The notes beneath the pieces are model-generated. The model searched no databases. It saw only the letters and a list, made by a program, of their open reading frames with translations, and was not told where the DNA came from. The translations under genes and the position numbers were made by a program. Source: Geosiphon pyriformis uo1 (taxonomy: Eukaryota; Fungi; Glomeromycota). Taken from it: a DNA stretch of 64,000 bases. Below are positions 38,379 to 52,041 of this stretch, piece after piece. Each line of letters begins with the position of its first letter. Within the stretch, counting starts at the first letter, position 1. The stretch lies in NCBI GenBank assembly GCA_016748015.1, contig JAAOMT010000034.1, forward strand, positions 124,001-188,000, read 5' to 3'.

Positions 38379-38699
38379 AATTTGGTTGGTAACTTAATAA
38401 CTAAGTTATTAGATAGTGTAATTAGACTTCTAGATATTATCAAATCTTTTGCAATTAGTTTTGGCAATTATAAGTTATGTTTTTTTTTCTGGCTTGAATA
38501 ATAGTATAAGAGTTTTTATAAATGTGTAGTATTGTTTTGTTTAGTCTAAGTAACTAGTCACATATAATAAGTGTGTAAATTACATCTAGTTTGGGTTATT
38601 TAGTTTAATTCTGTATGCTAAATAGCAATTAAACTTTACTTATTAATTACATAAATAAAAAATATATATAATATAATAATATTAAGCAAAAAAACTTTT

Positions 38700-41600
38700 T
38701 CTTTTGTTAATTTTTTAGTTATAACAAAAACATAAAGTTGTCAAAAAGATAGCTTTTCTTATTTTTTTTCTTTTTCTTTTAGTTATTTTTTTTAACACAT
38801 TATTTTTTATTGTAATAAAATTGGCAAATTTTTCTGTTAATAATTCTGGTTTTGATCCAGCTGGTTTGGAGACCTATTTAGACATAAAAAAAAATGTGTT
38901 AAAAATATTTACTCTTATAACATCTCTTACAAAAAGCCTAAAAAGCTTAAGTTACCTAATATAATTAAAGATATAATTAATATATCTGCTAATTTTATTA
39001 GTACTACTAATATAAAGTTTGATAATATCAAACAAAAAAGGTCTTGAAATAATAAAACAACCAGTAAAGCCAACAATATTAATAAAATCTTAAACATAAA
39101 AAATATAAAAAATATAAAAAATACAATTGCCAAAAAATTATTTATACTGACTTAAATGTTTTAAAGATTAATAATAATATGAACAGAATTATGCCAAAAA
39201 AAATACATACCAGAACATATGCTATAGATTATTTACCAAAAGTTTTTTTTTTGGAATTTGAATAATAATAATAATGTTCTAATACTTTTATCTTTTAAGT
39301 TTATTGGCTTAAAGCAATTACTATTAATTGGATTATATGTCTTGAAAAAACAAAGCTTTAATTTAGTTAAATTTTTTATATTAAATATTAAACTTTTTTC
39401 AATATTTGGCAAAACTTTTAGAAATAAATTAATAGTTGTAAAAATAATTTTTTATTATATTAATAGTTTTAGAGAAGTCTTAATTCTCTCAAAATTTTCT
39501 GGAATTATTAGATTAATTTTTACATTAGAATTAAATTTAAAAAAACTAAAAATATAACAATCTGTGAGAAAATTTTTGTCAATAATAATGTTAAGAAAAT
39601 AATTGTTAAAGAAATCTTTATAAATTTTCCTAAATTAGCTGTAAAATTAGTATTCTCTAAGTTTAATAAAATTGTGTTAATTAAGATAGAGCTCATTAGT
39701 CTTTGGCAAAAAGCTTTAATCAAGTTTGAATCTACTAATATTGTTAATTTGGTCACAGCAAAATAATTAATACTCATGAAAAAAATTATGTTTGTGTAAC
39801 TAAAGCTATTAATAATAAACAAATATAGATATTAAAAAATTATTATTAAGTTTTGCCATATATATTGTTAGTTAGCACAAGTGCTTATAATTTTTTTAAT
39901 CTGATGATATTCTACAATAAAAAAACCTGTTTTATTGGCTATAATTCTGGTTTTTATGTATATGACAGATGTATTATTGTTTATTATATTAATAAGTTAT
40001 CAAAAAAAACTGTCATTAATTCTGTTTTAGTTATTAAAAGTGTAAATTTGCATTAGTTTGATTTGTTTTTGGCTGTTTGTACTTATTCTAAACAATTTGG
40101 TCATGTTTTGATTGTGTATATATTTAATGAAAATTTAAATAATTATAATAAAAAGTCAATTAATTTTTAGAATTATGTTTAATTGACAAATATTTATAAA
40201 AAAAAGCAGGCTCCAATTGTTTAACCAGTTTTTTTTGATAGTAAAATATAGATACAAGTTGCTGGCAGTTTTTTTTTGTGTAATACTATCAGGTTTTATA
40301 ATAGTTAATTTATCTTTAGAAGATAAACTTCTTTTGCTAATTACTATAAAAATAAATAATAGGTTTGTTATTCTTAAATACAATTTTGTCAATCTTATAA
40401 AACAAATTAACAAGCTGGTTATAAAATTAAATACACTTGGACCAATGATTTTCCAATCTAATCTTGAATATTAACTATTGGTAACTTTTTTATTACAGAA
40501 TTAAGAAGCAGATATAGTAATGAATAAAGGTTCAGATGTATCCACTAATAATAAAAATATTATAGAAGTGGTGTTTTTTGATTTTTTAATAGTTTCTAAA
40601 TTAGAAGATATTATAAACAGTTTGTCAAAAATAATAATAAGTCTTTTGACCAAAATAAATAATGTTAATATAAGTCTGAAAGATTTTTCTTACCAATAAC
40701 TAAACTTATTTAAAAGTTTGCTATATATAATATCAAAAATATAAACAATTTTGTCAAGTAAAAAAACATTATTTATTAACACAAAGTTATAAACAATTCT
40801 GTTTTTGTTGTAATAAAAACAAAGTTAATAAACAATAATATTGCTAAACATATGTATAAAATATTAAAAATGACTGGATGTTTTCTATCAATATATCTGC
40901 TTTTTAAAAATCAACTTTTGATTTCTATTTTGGATTTATATGTTAATACTATTTTGGAAAAAAGATTGATTTGGTTCTATAATATTAATATTATGATAAC
41001 TAAGACTTTAAACAATACTATATTCATAGTTTTTAATGAAAACTTTAATAAAAATAATTTTGGTTACAGTATAAATTTCAGAAAATTTTTGAATTTAGGT
41101 TTATTTGATTCTTTTAGTAATTTATTATTGTATAAACTCCTTATATGGTTCAATTTTAGGAGAATTAAAAGATACATAAATTTTGTTTTGGTTAGTAATA
41201 ATTTTTAAAATTTGTTTTTAATCAACAAATTTACTGTTTAAATAAGTTTTTTTGATACCAATTATTTAGTTGTATTAGTTAATATTAGTTTAAAAGAACT
41301 TTTTAGTTTTCAGTTCAATTTAATATACAAACAAATCAACAGAAATAGATGAAAATTCAAGGTTAATAATGTTAATAAGGAAGTTTAGGAGATTAACATT
41401 AACTGCTATTTTGATTGCTACTTATAATATTCAAGATTTCAAGAAAAAAGCTAATTTTAATAGAATATGGCAGATGATTTATCAAATAATATATTCTATA
41501 GCTAATGCTGTTCTTTTAAAAACATGGTATTGGAGTAATAAAATGATCAAAACTACTATATTTTTTAAGTTTTATCAGTTAAAATTGTTGATGTTAAAGA

Positions 41601-44600
41601 TCTTAGAAACATACTAATTAAAAAACTTGATAAACTTTTAGATCTTAGTTAACAAGTGGTTTTATTTAAATTTTGACCAGACAGCAGAATTCAAAAAATT
41701 TTTTGACATTAGTTGTAATAAAATTCTGATTAAACAATCTTTGGTTTATTTTAAAAAAATTTATAAATCTTATAAGATGTTAAAATTTAAAGCTGTTAAA
41801 AATTTTTATATTAAAACTGCTATTACTAAATGCATAAAAGCTTTTATTAACAATAAAAATTAAATAATAAGAAATGTATTAAAAAAATTTTTTAAAAAGA
41901 TTATATTTAATTATTTGGTTAATAATAGTAAATTAATTTTAAAATTTAACTTGATTAAGTATAGAGTTGATTTAATTATAAAATATTGGACCAAAAAACA
42001 TACAGTTAAAGCTGTTATTCTTTTTTATTAACAAACACAATTTGAGTTTCTTAATTATATTGAAAATAGTATGTTTTTTAGTATTATGTCACAAATTGGT
42101 TTTACTAAGTTTATGTTAATAGTTGAAAATTTTTTTAATGATAAAGCTGCTGAATTATTTAATATCTTTAATAAAATATAAAAGCATTACAATAAGTTAA
42201 TTTTGGATTATCTTTTGTGTTTACTCAATTTGTGCTTAGTAATTAAATCTTTTTTTAATGTCTAAAAAAAGGTCTGAATTAGAATTTTAATGTTCAGTCT
42301 AATTTGGTTTAAGTTTAATCAAATTACTAAACTAAACCAAACTTAAACAGAAGATTTGACAAAATTTCAAACTCAAACTTAAACCAAACTTAAAATTACT
42401 GAACTTGAATTCAAACACATGTAACAAGTCTGGTTTAAGTTCAGTTTGAAGTTTATAAACATGTTCAGGTTTAATTATTAAAAACATTATATTATATTAT
42501 ATTATTATTTAATTTTTTTTCAATAGTCTCTGTATCTATGATTAAAAACATTGTATTGCTTTTATAGTTTTAAATACTAAATAAAATTTTATATCTGTAA
42601 TTATATTCTTACCTACAATAATACGTATTCAGAAACAATAAATAATCTTTAATTTGCCAAATAATTATAAGTTATATATATAAAACAAAAAAATTGTGTT
42701 TGATATGTCTAAATATCAAATTATTAATAAAATTTTAATTTAGATAAATATTTTTTGTAATATATCTTCTATTATATTATTACATTTATTTTTTATTGGC
42801 CATCTTTTCAGAAATATAACAATCAATTTTATTAAGTTTATTATTATTATTAAAGTTCACTTCTAATATAGATTGTATAATTAATGCTATAATATTATTA
42901 AAATTGTTATTTAACAAAAAACTGTTATTTGATGTTAATATAATATTTAGTGTGTACTTTGTTTCAAAGAAAGTATGCATTTTAAAGATTTATTTATTAT
43001 GTAAAAATTAGAAAATAAAACTATTTAAATAAATAAATAACTTATAATTTTTTTGTTTTATTAATATTATTATCTAAAAAAATTTTCTTTGTAAAATAAT
43101 GGAATTTTTTCCTTGAATCCAATACAGTATAGAGCATTACAGTTGTATTTATTTTAGAATAATATTCAATTAACTTTTTTTTTGTTGCCCTAGCCACTAT
43201 GATAAGTAATAGATCTAATATTAAATATGTTAAATAAATAACTAAATAAATACAATTAAGATTATAATATTTTACCAGATTTATTATCATCAACTATGTT
43301 TTTAACATAATTAAAAATAATATTAAAAAAAAGAATAATTAAAAAGACAGTATTATTTGAACTGGTTTATATTTTGATCATAATATCTTTAAATAATTCA
43401 AGAAATTTAGCAATTTTATTAAAGATAATCCATTAATTATATAAAATAATATATTAATTAAAGTCAATGTGAATGCTAGTAAAAATGTTTAATGTTTATA
43501 AATTTACAATTAAAATTTTTTTATTCAAAATATATAAAATCAGAAATAAATAACTTGTTAATTTAAAAGATAATCTATTTTTAATTATGTCATAAATAAA
43601 ATTTTACTGGTTAAGATAATTTAGAATTAATTTATAATATTTAATTTAATATATATTACAAGTGTGTTTAAAAAGCTCAAAATATTAGAATAAGATATAA
43701 ATTGCAAAGTTAAGTTTTCTAATTTTTAATTTATATAAAGTTTACATTAGAAAAATTTTAGGTAAATATATTCAGTTTGAGTTTTTAACAAATACTTTGG
43801 AAACATTATTTTTTATTTCATCTAGAGCTGCTTGTATTATTAAGTTTAGAATATAATTAAAACATCAAAATTGAAAATTCTTCAAGTTTTATTGAATGTT
43901 TTTTTCTTTTAATTTTTTTGCTAATTTTTTTATAAAAGTATTATTATTTGCAGTATTATTAAAAATAATAGCAAGAAGCTGTCAAAAAAATTAAGTTATA
44001 ACTAATAAAATTAATAAACTTATATAAAAAAAGGGTAAGTATAACTTTTTCTTAAATTTTTTTAGCTTGAAGCAATAATAAAAACCAACATTAAGAAAAC
44101 ATGATTTTTAATAATATGAACACTATAATAATTTTTAACTTCAGATAATACTAATGCTAAAAATTCAGCTCTAAAACAATAATAAAAACCAATTTAAGCC
44201 AATATTGAGAAAACATAATTTTTAATAATATAAATACTGTAGTAATTTTGAGTCTTAAATAATGCTAATACTGAAAATTCAGCTTTAAGACAATAATAAA
44301 AACCAATTTAAGTTAATATTAAGAAAACATAATTTTTAATAATATAGATACTATAATAACTTTAAGTTTCAGATAATACTAATATGCTGTATAGTATGCT
44401 AATCTTATCATTGACTATTAACTAATCCAAATTCATGTAAAAATATACATACATATCTTTAATGTAATTCTAGAATTTTTTAATACTTTAAAAAATCTGT
44501 TTGTAATATTTATTTTATTATGTTATCTACTTATTAATTTAAAATTAATTATTGTTTGTTAAAAATCTCAATTGTTATTGATATAATAAGTAATAATAGA

Positions 44601-47600
44601 AACAAAAACTTTATTATTGGAAAATGATTAGAGATCTAATATAAAGAAAATTTTGGACTTGATAGTATTTAAGTATATCTATTATATTATAAGAATGAGT
44701 AAAAAAAAAGTACCATTTTATAATAAAAGTAGTGCTTACTTTTAATTTTTGTCTATTTAAAACATAAAGTTTCATAATTTTATTTTTAATTATATCAACA
44801 CAAACAAATTAAAAAGTGGAGTTCAAATATTAAAATATTTTAATTAATTTAAAGTTTTTTACTATAAAAAGTAGTTGTTGTCAATTGATAAGCCAAATAG
44901 TAATTATGTTACAAAGTTTTTTATTATTAATATTAATAAAAGATACTACAAAAAACTAAACAGTTTTCTAGTTAGATTGGCCAAAAATTATAAAAAAAAT
45001 AGCAATCTTATCCATCAAAACATTTTTTTAATTAACTCACAATTTTTCTGAATATTTTGTTTTTTTTTATAATATTCTTTTATTATAACATATTTTGTTC
45101 AGTAAAAAGCCTTTAAATAACATCATAAGAGTTTAATAGTGTCTATAATTTCACAAAAAAATGGTTTATGTACATATTTTAAGACCATATATTTAGCTGT
45201 TTTTTTTTTGTTTACTTAAACTTATCAAAATAGTTTTATATTTTATTTTGAAAACTAAGTTTACCAAATATATTAATATTTAAATTATTTGAGTTATTAA
45301 ATTTTATTATTTTGAATTTTAAATCTTTGATAACATTGAATAATGCCAACAATGAATTCATTTTGATAAGTTGAAAAGTAAAGTTATTATATATACATAG
45401 TTTTATAATTAATTATAGTAATTAAACAAAGTAATAATTAATAAACAAGTAGAACAAATTATATTTTTTTTTAATTTTATCAAACTTAAACAAGTTCATA
45501 AACTTTGAACCAGACTTGAACCAAATTCAGACTTGTCAAAAAAGTTCAAGTTTGAATTGTAATTCAAACTGAACTTGAACAATATCCAAAGTTCAATTCA
45601 GTTTAATTCAATCAAAACTCTAGCCTAAGTGTTTATAATTTCAAAACCTTATAAATAAGAAGACATTCTAATAAATATCAAATCTATTGCTCTTATTAAA
45701 ACAGCAAAGAAAATTTTTTTAAAAATTTTGTTTAATTATATCTCTAAGATCTACAATAAATATAATGTTTTATATAAAAACAATTTTTCAGTTTTAAAAA
45801 ACACTTTAACTTAATTTTCTATTTTTGTAATCGAGTTTGTTATTAAAAATGCTTTGGAAAAAGGTAGAAAAATTTGATTAGTGCTCTAAGACATGTACAA
45901 AATTTATGATTTTATAGATTAGTTATATTTAAAAAATAAGTAAAAATGGGTGAAAATTTTATTGGATTTTTTGAATACATTTACAATAACTGTACAAATA
46001 AAATTATGATAGATTTTGGTTTGTTTAAAGTTTATAAAATTTATGATAGACTGAATTAAAATGAAGTGTTTTCACTTTTTTTTGAAGGATTTTTTATAAT
46101 TTTTTTTTGTGTAAGATAAAAAAACAGAAATCTTTGTTTAAATATTACATAAATTTCAGATTTATTACTAAAACTAGCAGAATTAAGTTTAATGCTAGTC
46201 TGATATTTTATTTAGCAGTTAGTGTTTTTGTAAATAATATGATTTGAATCAAAAATTGTCATATATCAATACAAAACATTTTAAATATTGTTAGTAAATT
46301 CTTTAAAATTATAAACATTTTGATAAATATGGACAAAACAATAATTATTCTAATCAATTCAAGAGCCAGCAATGTTTTTTTAAGAATAAATGAATTATTT
46401 ATTTTAATTATAAAAACTGGTAAAACTTATTAATACTTAGGTATTTTTTTATTAATTAAAAATCTTTCTGGTTCAAGCTTAAAAAAATAAACTTAGACAT
46501 AAAGTTTTTTTATTCATAGTTTTGTACAAAGCTATCTCAAATAAACAATTTTTTTATTTGGTTTTAGCTGTTTTATAGCTTATTGTTAAATACAAAACTT
46601 AGTTCAGTTTTGTTAATAGAAATATATATAATAAATAGAATTATTTAATCAAAAAAAAATTAAAGTTTAAAACTAATTTGCCTAAAGACTTCTCTAATAA
46701 AGCAGTATATTATTTATCTTTATACTATTTGAAATTTTTTGATTAAATTCAAACAGAAAAAAAGGTGGCATTAGTAATGAATTTTGATAATATTAAAGGT
46801 ATTTTTGGCTGGTTTTTTAAACATAAATTGTTAAATTTACAAATTTTGAGTTGAATTCTTCAAAAAATTTTTTAATTCTTTGTTAAGCTAAAAATTAATT
46901 CAATAAACAACTTTTTGGCTAGTGCTAATAAAATATTTCTATATAATAGTATATCTATAACTAATAATATACCCAATGCTTTTTTTTTAAATACAGCACT
47001 TCTGTTTTAAACATATTAGGTTAGGTAGAATACTTTTGGATTTGTAAATTTTTAAAACATTTTGGCATTATTTTTACAAACCAATTTTTGAATAGTTATG
47101 GTAAATATTTTGCTTAAAAAAATTTTTGTTAGTGGAAGTAATTGGATCTTAGAAGTCTGGTTTTCTTTTGATTTATACAAGTTTTGAATTTTGTTAAAAA
47201 TAGTGGTTTGGTTTAAGGTCTTTTATCTGTTTTTAAACACTTTTTTAAGATAAGTATAGTTAATACAAGTGGTTTTAATGCTATTTATTCTAGTTTAAAG
47301 ATTGTATTTTTGTCTGTAATCTTAGCTTATATTGATAATTCTGTTAAAGTTTTTGGTTTTTTTGATATTATTGATAATATGACTGTCTATTTTTCTAATT
47401 TGAGTTTATATATAAGAGTGAAAATTCATAAGATGTTGTTTTTAATTTTAGCTAAGATACAGACTATTGTTTTGGCTTTTAAGTGTGTTTTAGTTTTTTT
47501 TAAAGTCATAATCTTTTTTAATAATTAGGCTTCTTTGGATATATATCAAGCTAAACTTAAATTGGTGAGACCTAATTTCTGCAACAAATGTTGAATTGAA

Positions 47601-47932
47601 TGCTATTAGATTAGTAACTTAGTCAAAAGTAAAAACATTTTTGTAAATTGAATTAAAGTAAAAAATTATTCTAGTGTATTAAATAATAAGTATATTAATA
47701 AACTAACTGATTAAAATATTTTTTTAAGACTTGTTTTTCTAATAAATATTAAGAAAAAAATTTTAATGGCTAATAATAAGATGGTATTTGACAATGTTTA
47801 TTATTTTATTAAAGCAATAAATAATACTATAAGACATTTTTAATAAAAAGTCAAATTAAGTCTTAATACTATAAATTTTTTATGTATTAGTAATATTAAT
47901 TAAAAACATATTGCTTTAGTTTAATATCTTAA
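38700..47932 (+). mobile_element. Very degenerate LINE G (ORF1 ~38820-40699; ORF2 from ~40696), split by hAT copy 2 and cut by LINE I
   Basis: Collinear with LINE I: ORF1 SKFSGIIR, APE ISILDLY, RT around MIPKP, RNase H LAKIQTIVLAFKCV; 5' boundary approximate. Confidence 0.8.
42280..45622 (-). mobile_element. hAT DNA transposon copy 2, inverted relative to copy 1
   Basis: Reverse complement of 34963-38378 (ORFs at 42786/43042 match 37665/37355); flanks GTCTGAAT/GCCTAAGT fit TSD GCCTGGGT within LINE RT codons AWV. Confidence 0.88.
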
Positions 47933-50900
47933 TTTTTTTTTATTCATTTAACAAGTGAAGTTCAAACACTGCCTAGTTTTATACATCAAAGAAATAATTT
48001 ATACTAAGTGTGAATCATGTTTTTACTACATGCAACCAGCCACTCGGGCCAATCAAAACAACACTATACAGCTATATGAACTGAAACCGAATCACCTATT
48101 CCAGAAAAAAACAAATAAGATTTGCAAAATCCAAAACATACACCAAAAGCCTCAGCTATACCAAGCATCTTAACCACTCCAGCAAAAAACTCCAAAGTTA
48201 AACCAAAAACCAATATAAGAGCTGAACCATCAAAGAGAATTAAGTCATTCTTTTCTATATATGCTTGATGTTTAGCATGAACTAACCAGATCTCATCCCT
48301 AAAAGCAAGACTAAGAGAACACACAAATTCAACAACCTTATAACTAGCAATCTTGGAGTCATGGAAAATAGAAATAGTCTCACAAAACCAACCATTAAAA
48401 ACACAACTCTTAAAAAAAGTCATTGATAAAGAAGAATCAGAAACACAGATCAACAACAACTAAAGTACACCCAAAGAGGAATGGGAAAGACCCAAATGCA
48501 ACTTCCAAAAATTCACATGAGATTCCAGTATTTGATGCCAAGTAGGCTTGTTAACCTCACAAGAAAACACATGATCTGATACTTCTACTTTGCCACAGTA
48601 CAAGCACAGTATACTGGAATAATGTTTATCATAGAGACACTTATGAACAGTCACAGGCAACCAACAATGCAAAGCTTTCATAAAATAAGTGTGCACATTA
48701 GCCAAGGCCTTGCTGGTATAACTGGTGGCCATGTGCAAATCAGGATGCCACACCAGTGAAGAATAGTGCCAATCAATCTCATAAAGCAAACCATGAGACA
48801 AAAACTTTGAGCCAAAACCAACCTTCCAATGCACATGACAGACAAAATGGTAAACATCATGAACAAAATGTCTAGAATTGCCAGAAATAATACCACCATC
48901 AGCCACCAAAAAATGTTTACTTAGATGAGAAGAAAAAAACCAATCAGAAATAAATGTGTCAGCAAGTGAATCAGCATATTCATTTTCCGGAATGTCAGAG
49001 TGATCTTTATCTTGTGCCAACTAACACTCAAATTTTTACTGCAAATAATATTAACTATATGTTAACACTCGACCCAACACTAATTATAAAAATTGGGACA
49101 TGCCAAAACCAATTCCAACTCACAAGCATCCAAAGCAGATTGACTATCCAAAAACAAGCATACAGAACTAGACAATGAAACACACTCTAGAGCCAATACA
49201 ATAGCTTGTATCTCAGCCAAAGTAGATAACATCAAACCTGATACACCAATGCCCAAACCCGAATCAATGTCTTTGAAAAAAACAGCAGCACTGGCCCTAC
49301 AGCCAACTGTGCCCAAACTTCTCAGAGACTCATCCGTGTATACAGATAAACTACCAGTACCAACCTAAGACAGATGATTACATACAGACATAAAACTGCT
49401 AAAGCCAAGAATGCTTAGAGAACCAATACTACTTGACATTGGGAGAAGAGTCAAAAACAAATCCACAATATTAAGAAATACAGTAGAGAGTTTGAACCAC
49501 TTAAGAACAGGCCCATGGAGGTCCAGTTTCTTCTACCACTTAAATATGTATCAATCAAAAACAGTATCATGACAATTATGAAGCTGATCCATAAATGCAA
49601 TACTATATCATTAAAAAAAGGAAGAAACTTGAAAAACATTAACTCGCCAAAAGCAACAGACATAGGAATCCCACCACAAATGCAAAAAAGATTGGCCAGA
49701 GAGCTACTAATAGACAGATTGCAATTACAAAAAATACGAACCATGCCTGCCAAAAAATTATTAGAAGCATCAACATGAATACAAACAGGAGAACACAAGA
49801 GATAAACAAGATGCCAACAAAGAACTTACAAATCATGAGATCTGTGAAAAAACAATTGACCCAGAATCTCACTGGAGTTTGCAAAGTTAATAAAAGAAGC
49901 ACTCTTACTCTCAGATTGAATTTACATAAAAAATTTCAAACCATAAAAAGAAAAGTAGTGAATTGTGTTACTAGAAAAGTCAAAAGACAGGCCAAATTTG
50001 ATCTTCAGCCTTTTATGAATTAGAGCATCCCATTTGTTGTACACACTAACCAAAACAAAACTAAACTGTATCTTATAACTGACTATAGGATAAAATACCA
50101 CTAACACCAAATATAAAAACTGCTTATCTGAGAACACTTTTCTTAGAGCCAAATTGATGAAAAAACAAACATCTGAATACACCTTAGCCAAACTAAGCTT
50201 CGAAAGACTTTTAGTCAAAAGAAAAATATCCAAGTACCAATGAAATTCACTCTTTCTAGCAATAGAGATAGATGTGCTGCTGATAGAAAGAGAAGGAATG
50301 TTAACCCTGCTATTAATAGAAATGGCCACTATTTTGTCATTATTGATTAAAATGTCATTAATCTAAAAAAAATCACTAGCAATATTGAGAATATGCTGAG
50401 TAGTACTCTGACTACTACCAATTTAAATTGTATTATTGATGAAGGTGCTGACAGCAAAAAAAGAAGAAAGCCCAGTCTGAAATTCAGCATGACCATCCTT
50501 AAAAACAAAATAAGAATTTAATCTATACCCATACACACTTTTTTGATGCTTAACTTTACACAACAGAGGATCATAAAATATGTGCCACAGAAGGGGGGAA
50601 AAAACTTCTTCTTGGTCCAAACTATTATGCACATGATAATCATTTGTCAAACCAAAATCTGTCATAATCCTATTAGTATAATTTCTATGAATATTACCAA
50701 AAAATTGGATGAATTTGCTGCACATCTTAATCTTGACCAAACTTTTCTCAAGATATTTCCAGCTGACTGAATTGTATGTCTTCTACATGTCTTGCAAAAC
50801 CAGCCAAAGCTCTTTGTTCTTTTTCAAAGCATCTTTAATAACTGAGCCAATTGCAAAAATAAGAGAATGAGTTGATGTGCCTTTTAAAACCAAAAAATTG

Positions 50901-51092
50901 TCCCAAAACATCAAAAGTGCTGCATGCCAAAGAAATCTTGGAAAGAACCTTGTGAGCTGTCTCAATTAAAGCAATAGGATGGGTATTCATTAGAACACTT
51001 TTCCAATCATAAGGCTTAGGAATCATCAAGACCCAAGCCTCTTTCTAAAAGCCAGATACAGATTCACAAGCTAAACAAGAGTTCAAAAGCAC

Positions 51093-51959
51093 TGTTATGG
51101 TTTAAGAATTTAGCAAAAAGAATCATAAAAATAATACAAACTATTCAATCATAATATAGCACAGTAATAATCTTAGAAAGGTAATGATTAACATAGTAGC
51201 AAACACCATTTCGCAATAGTGACAAGCACCAGTTCACAATAGCAGCCAACACCAACTGGTGATAGCAGCAAACACCAGGTTGAAATATCAAAAAGAAAGT
51301 ATTTTCTCGTAGAACTACAAACATGTATATATACAGTAGTTTTAATATTGGGAAATAATCAATCAAGTAATAAAAATCATAACTTATCAAGCAACAGATC
51401 CAATTTTATTCAACAAACTCCACTTTAAATCATACTTTCAAATTAAATATCCCAAGAAACCTTTAAAAATCAAAAAGAAATGAAAAAAAATATTTAAAAT
51501 GGAACTATCACAATCCAAAGTATTAAGAAACTTACTTGTATTATTTATTGAATGAAACTATCATTCATCAACTGAATCCCTTGGAAGAATAATCCTTGAT
51601 CAAGATTATTCACGTTGTTACTAATTGATAAAAGCTTTATTGTGAGAATTAGAAAAGCACTAAAGACCATTAACATTCTGTGTTTCTAGATTAGAGAAAC
51701 ACATCAGGCAATTGCAAGAATAGCCTTAGAGAAGACCCCAAACAGTGGGTAGATTTCAGTTCAGCCTCTGAGAAAGAGTACATAAACACACACAACAATC
51801 AAGAATTAAAGAATAACTTATATCACAACAGTAAAAAGAAAGCCTTCAGTATAACAGTGACATTATCACACAAATAGAATTGAGGAACTCATGAAAGACT
51901 GATTGCAATTAAAGCGGAATATCAGCAATTAAATATAACAAGAAAACCATTCCGTAACA
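51093..51959 (+). repeat. 5' LTR of F
   Basis: Direct repeat of 59897-60753. Confidence 0.97.
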
Positions 51960-51961
51960 TT

Positions 51962-51979
51962 TGGTGAACCCTACGAGGA
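51962..51979 (+). promoter_or_regulatory. Primer-binding site TGGTGAACCCTACGAGGA (tRNA-Trp-like); decayed copy at 8935-8952
   Basis: TGG two nt after the LTR; resembles the complement of eukaryotic tRNA-Trp 3' ends as recalled; unverified. Confidence 0.75.
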
Positions 51980-52041
51980 AAGAAAATCAAAAAGGAAATA
52001 ATAATTAGCAATAATTCATTGCTAAAAAGGAAAAGACAAAA

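Larger units (their letters stand above)
34812..38662 (+). mobile_element. 3' end of an old LINE (H), split by hAT copy 1; host of E
   Basis: VWLSRSKFRTKIKKTGL and SFAISFG...FFSGL match the ORF2 C-terminus at 48064-48459; 3' UTR AAACTTTACTTATTAA resembles the reverse complement of 47933-47965. Confidence 0.65.

Noticed and set aside
34963-45622. One composite transposon with 3.4-kb TIRs
   Set aside because: Each copy has its own TIRs and its own TSD
37355-47528. N/K/I/F/L-rich ORFs as novel, organellar or horizontally acquired genes
   Set aside because: They are hypermutated hAT and LINE fragments or chance ORFs in AT-rich DNA
51030-51092. F and hAT copy 2 inserted at nearly homologous LINE RT positions
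   Set aside because: Unrelated enzymes, sites ~55 bp apart, only two events; likely chance
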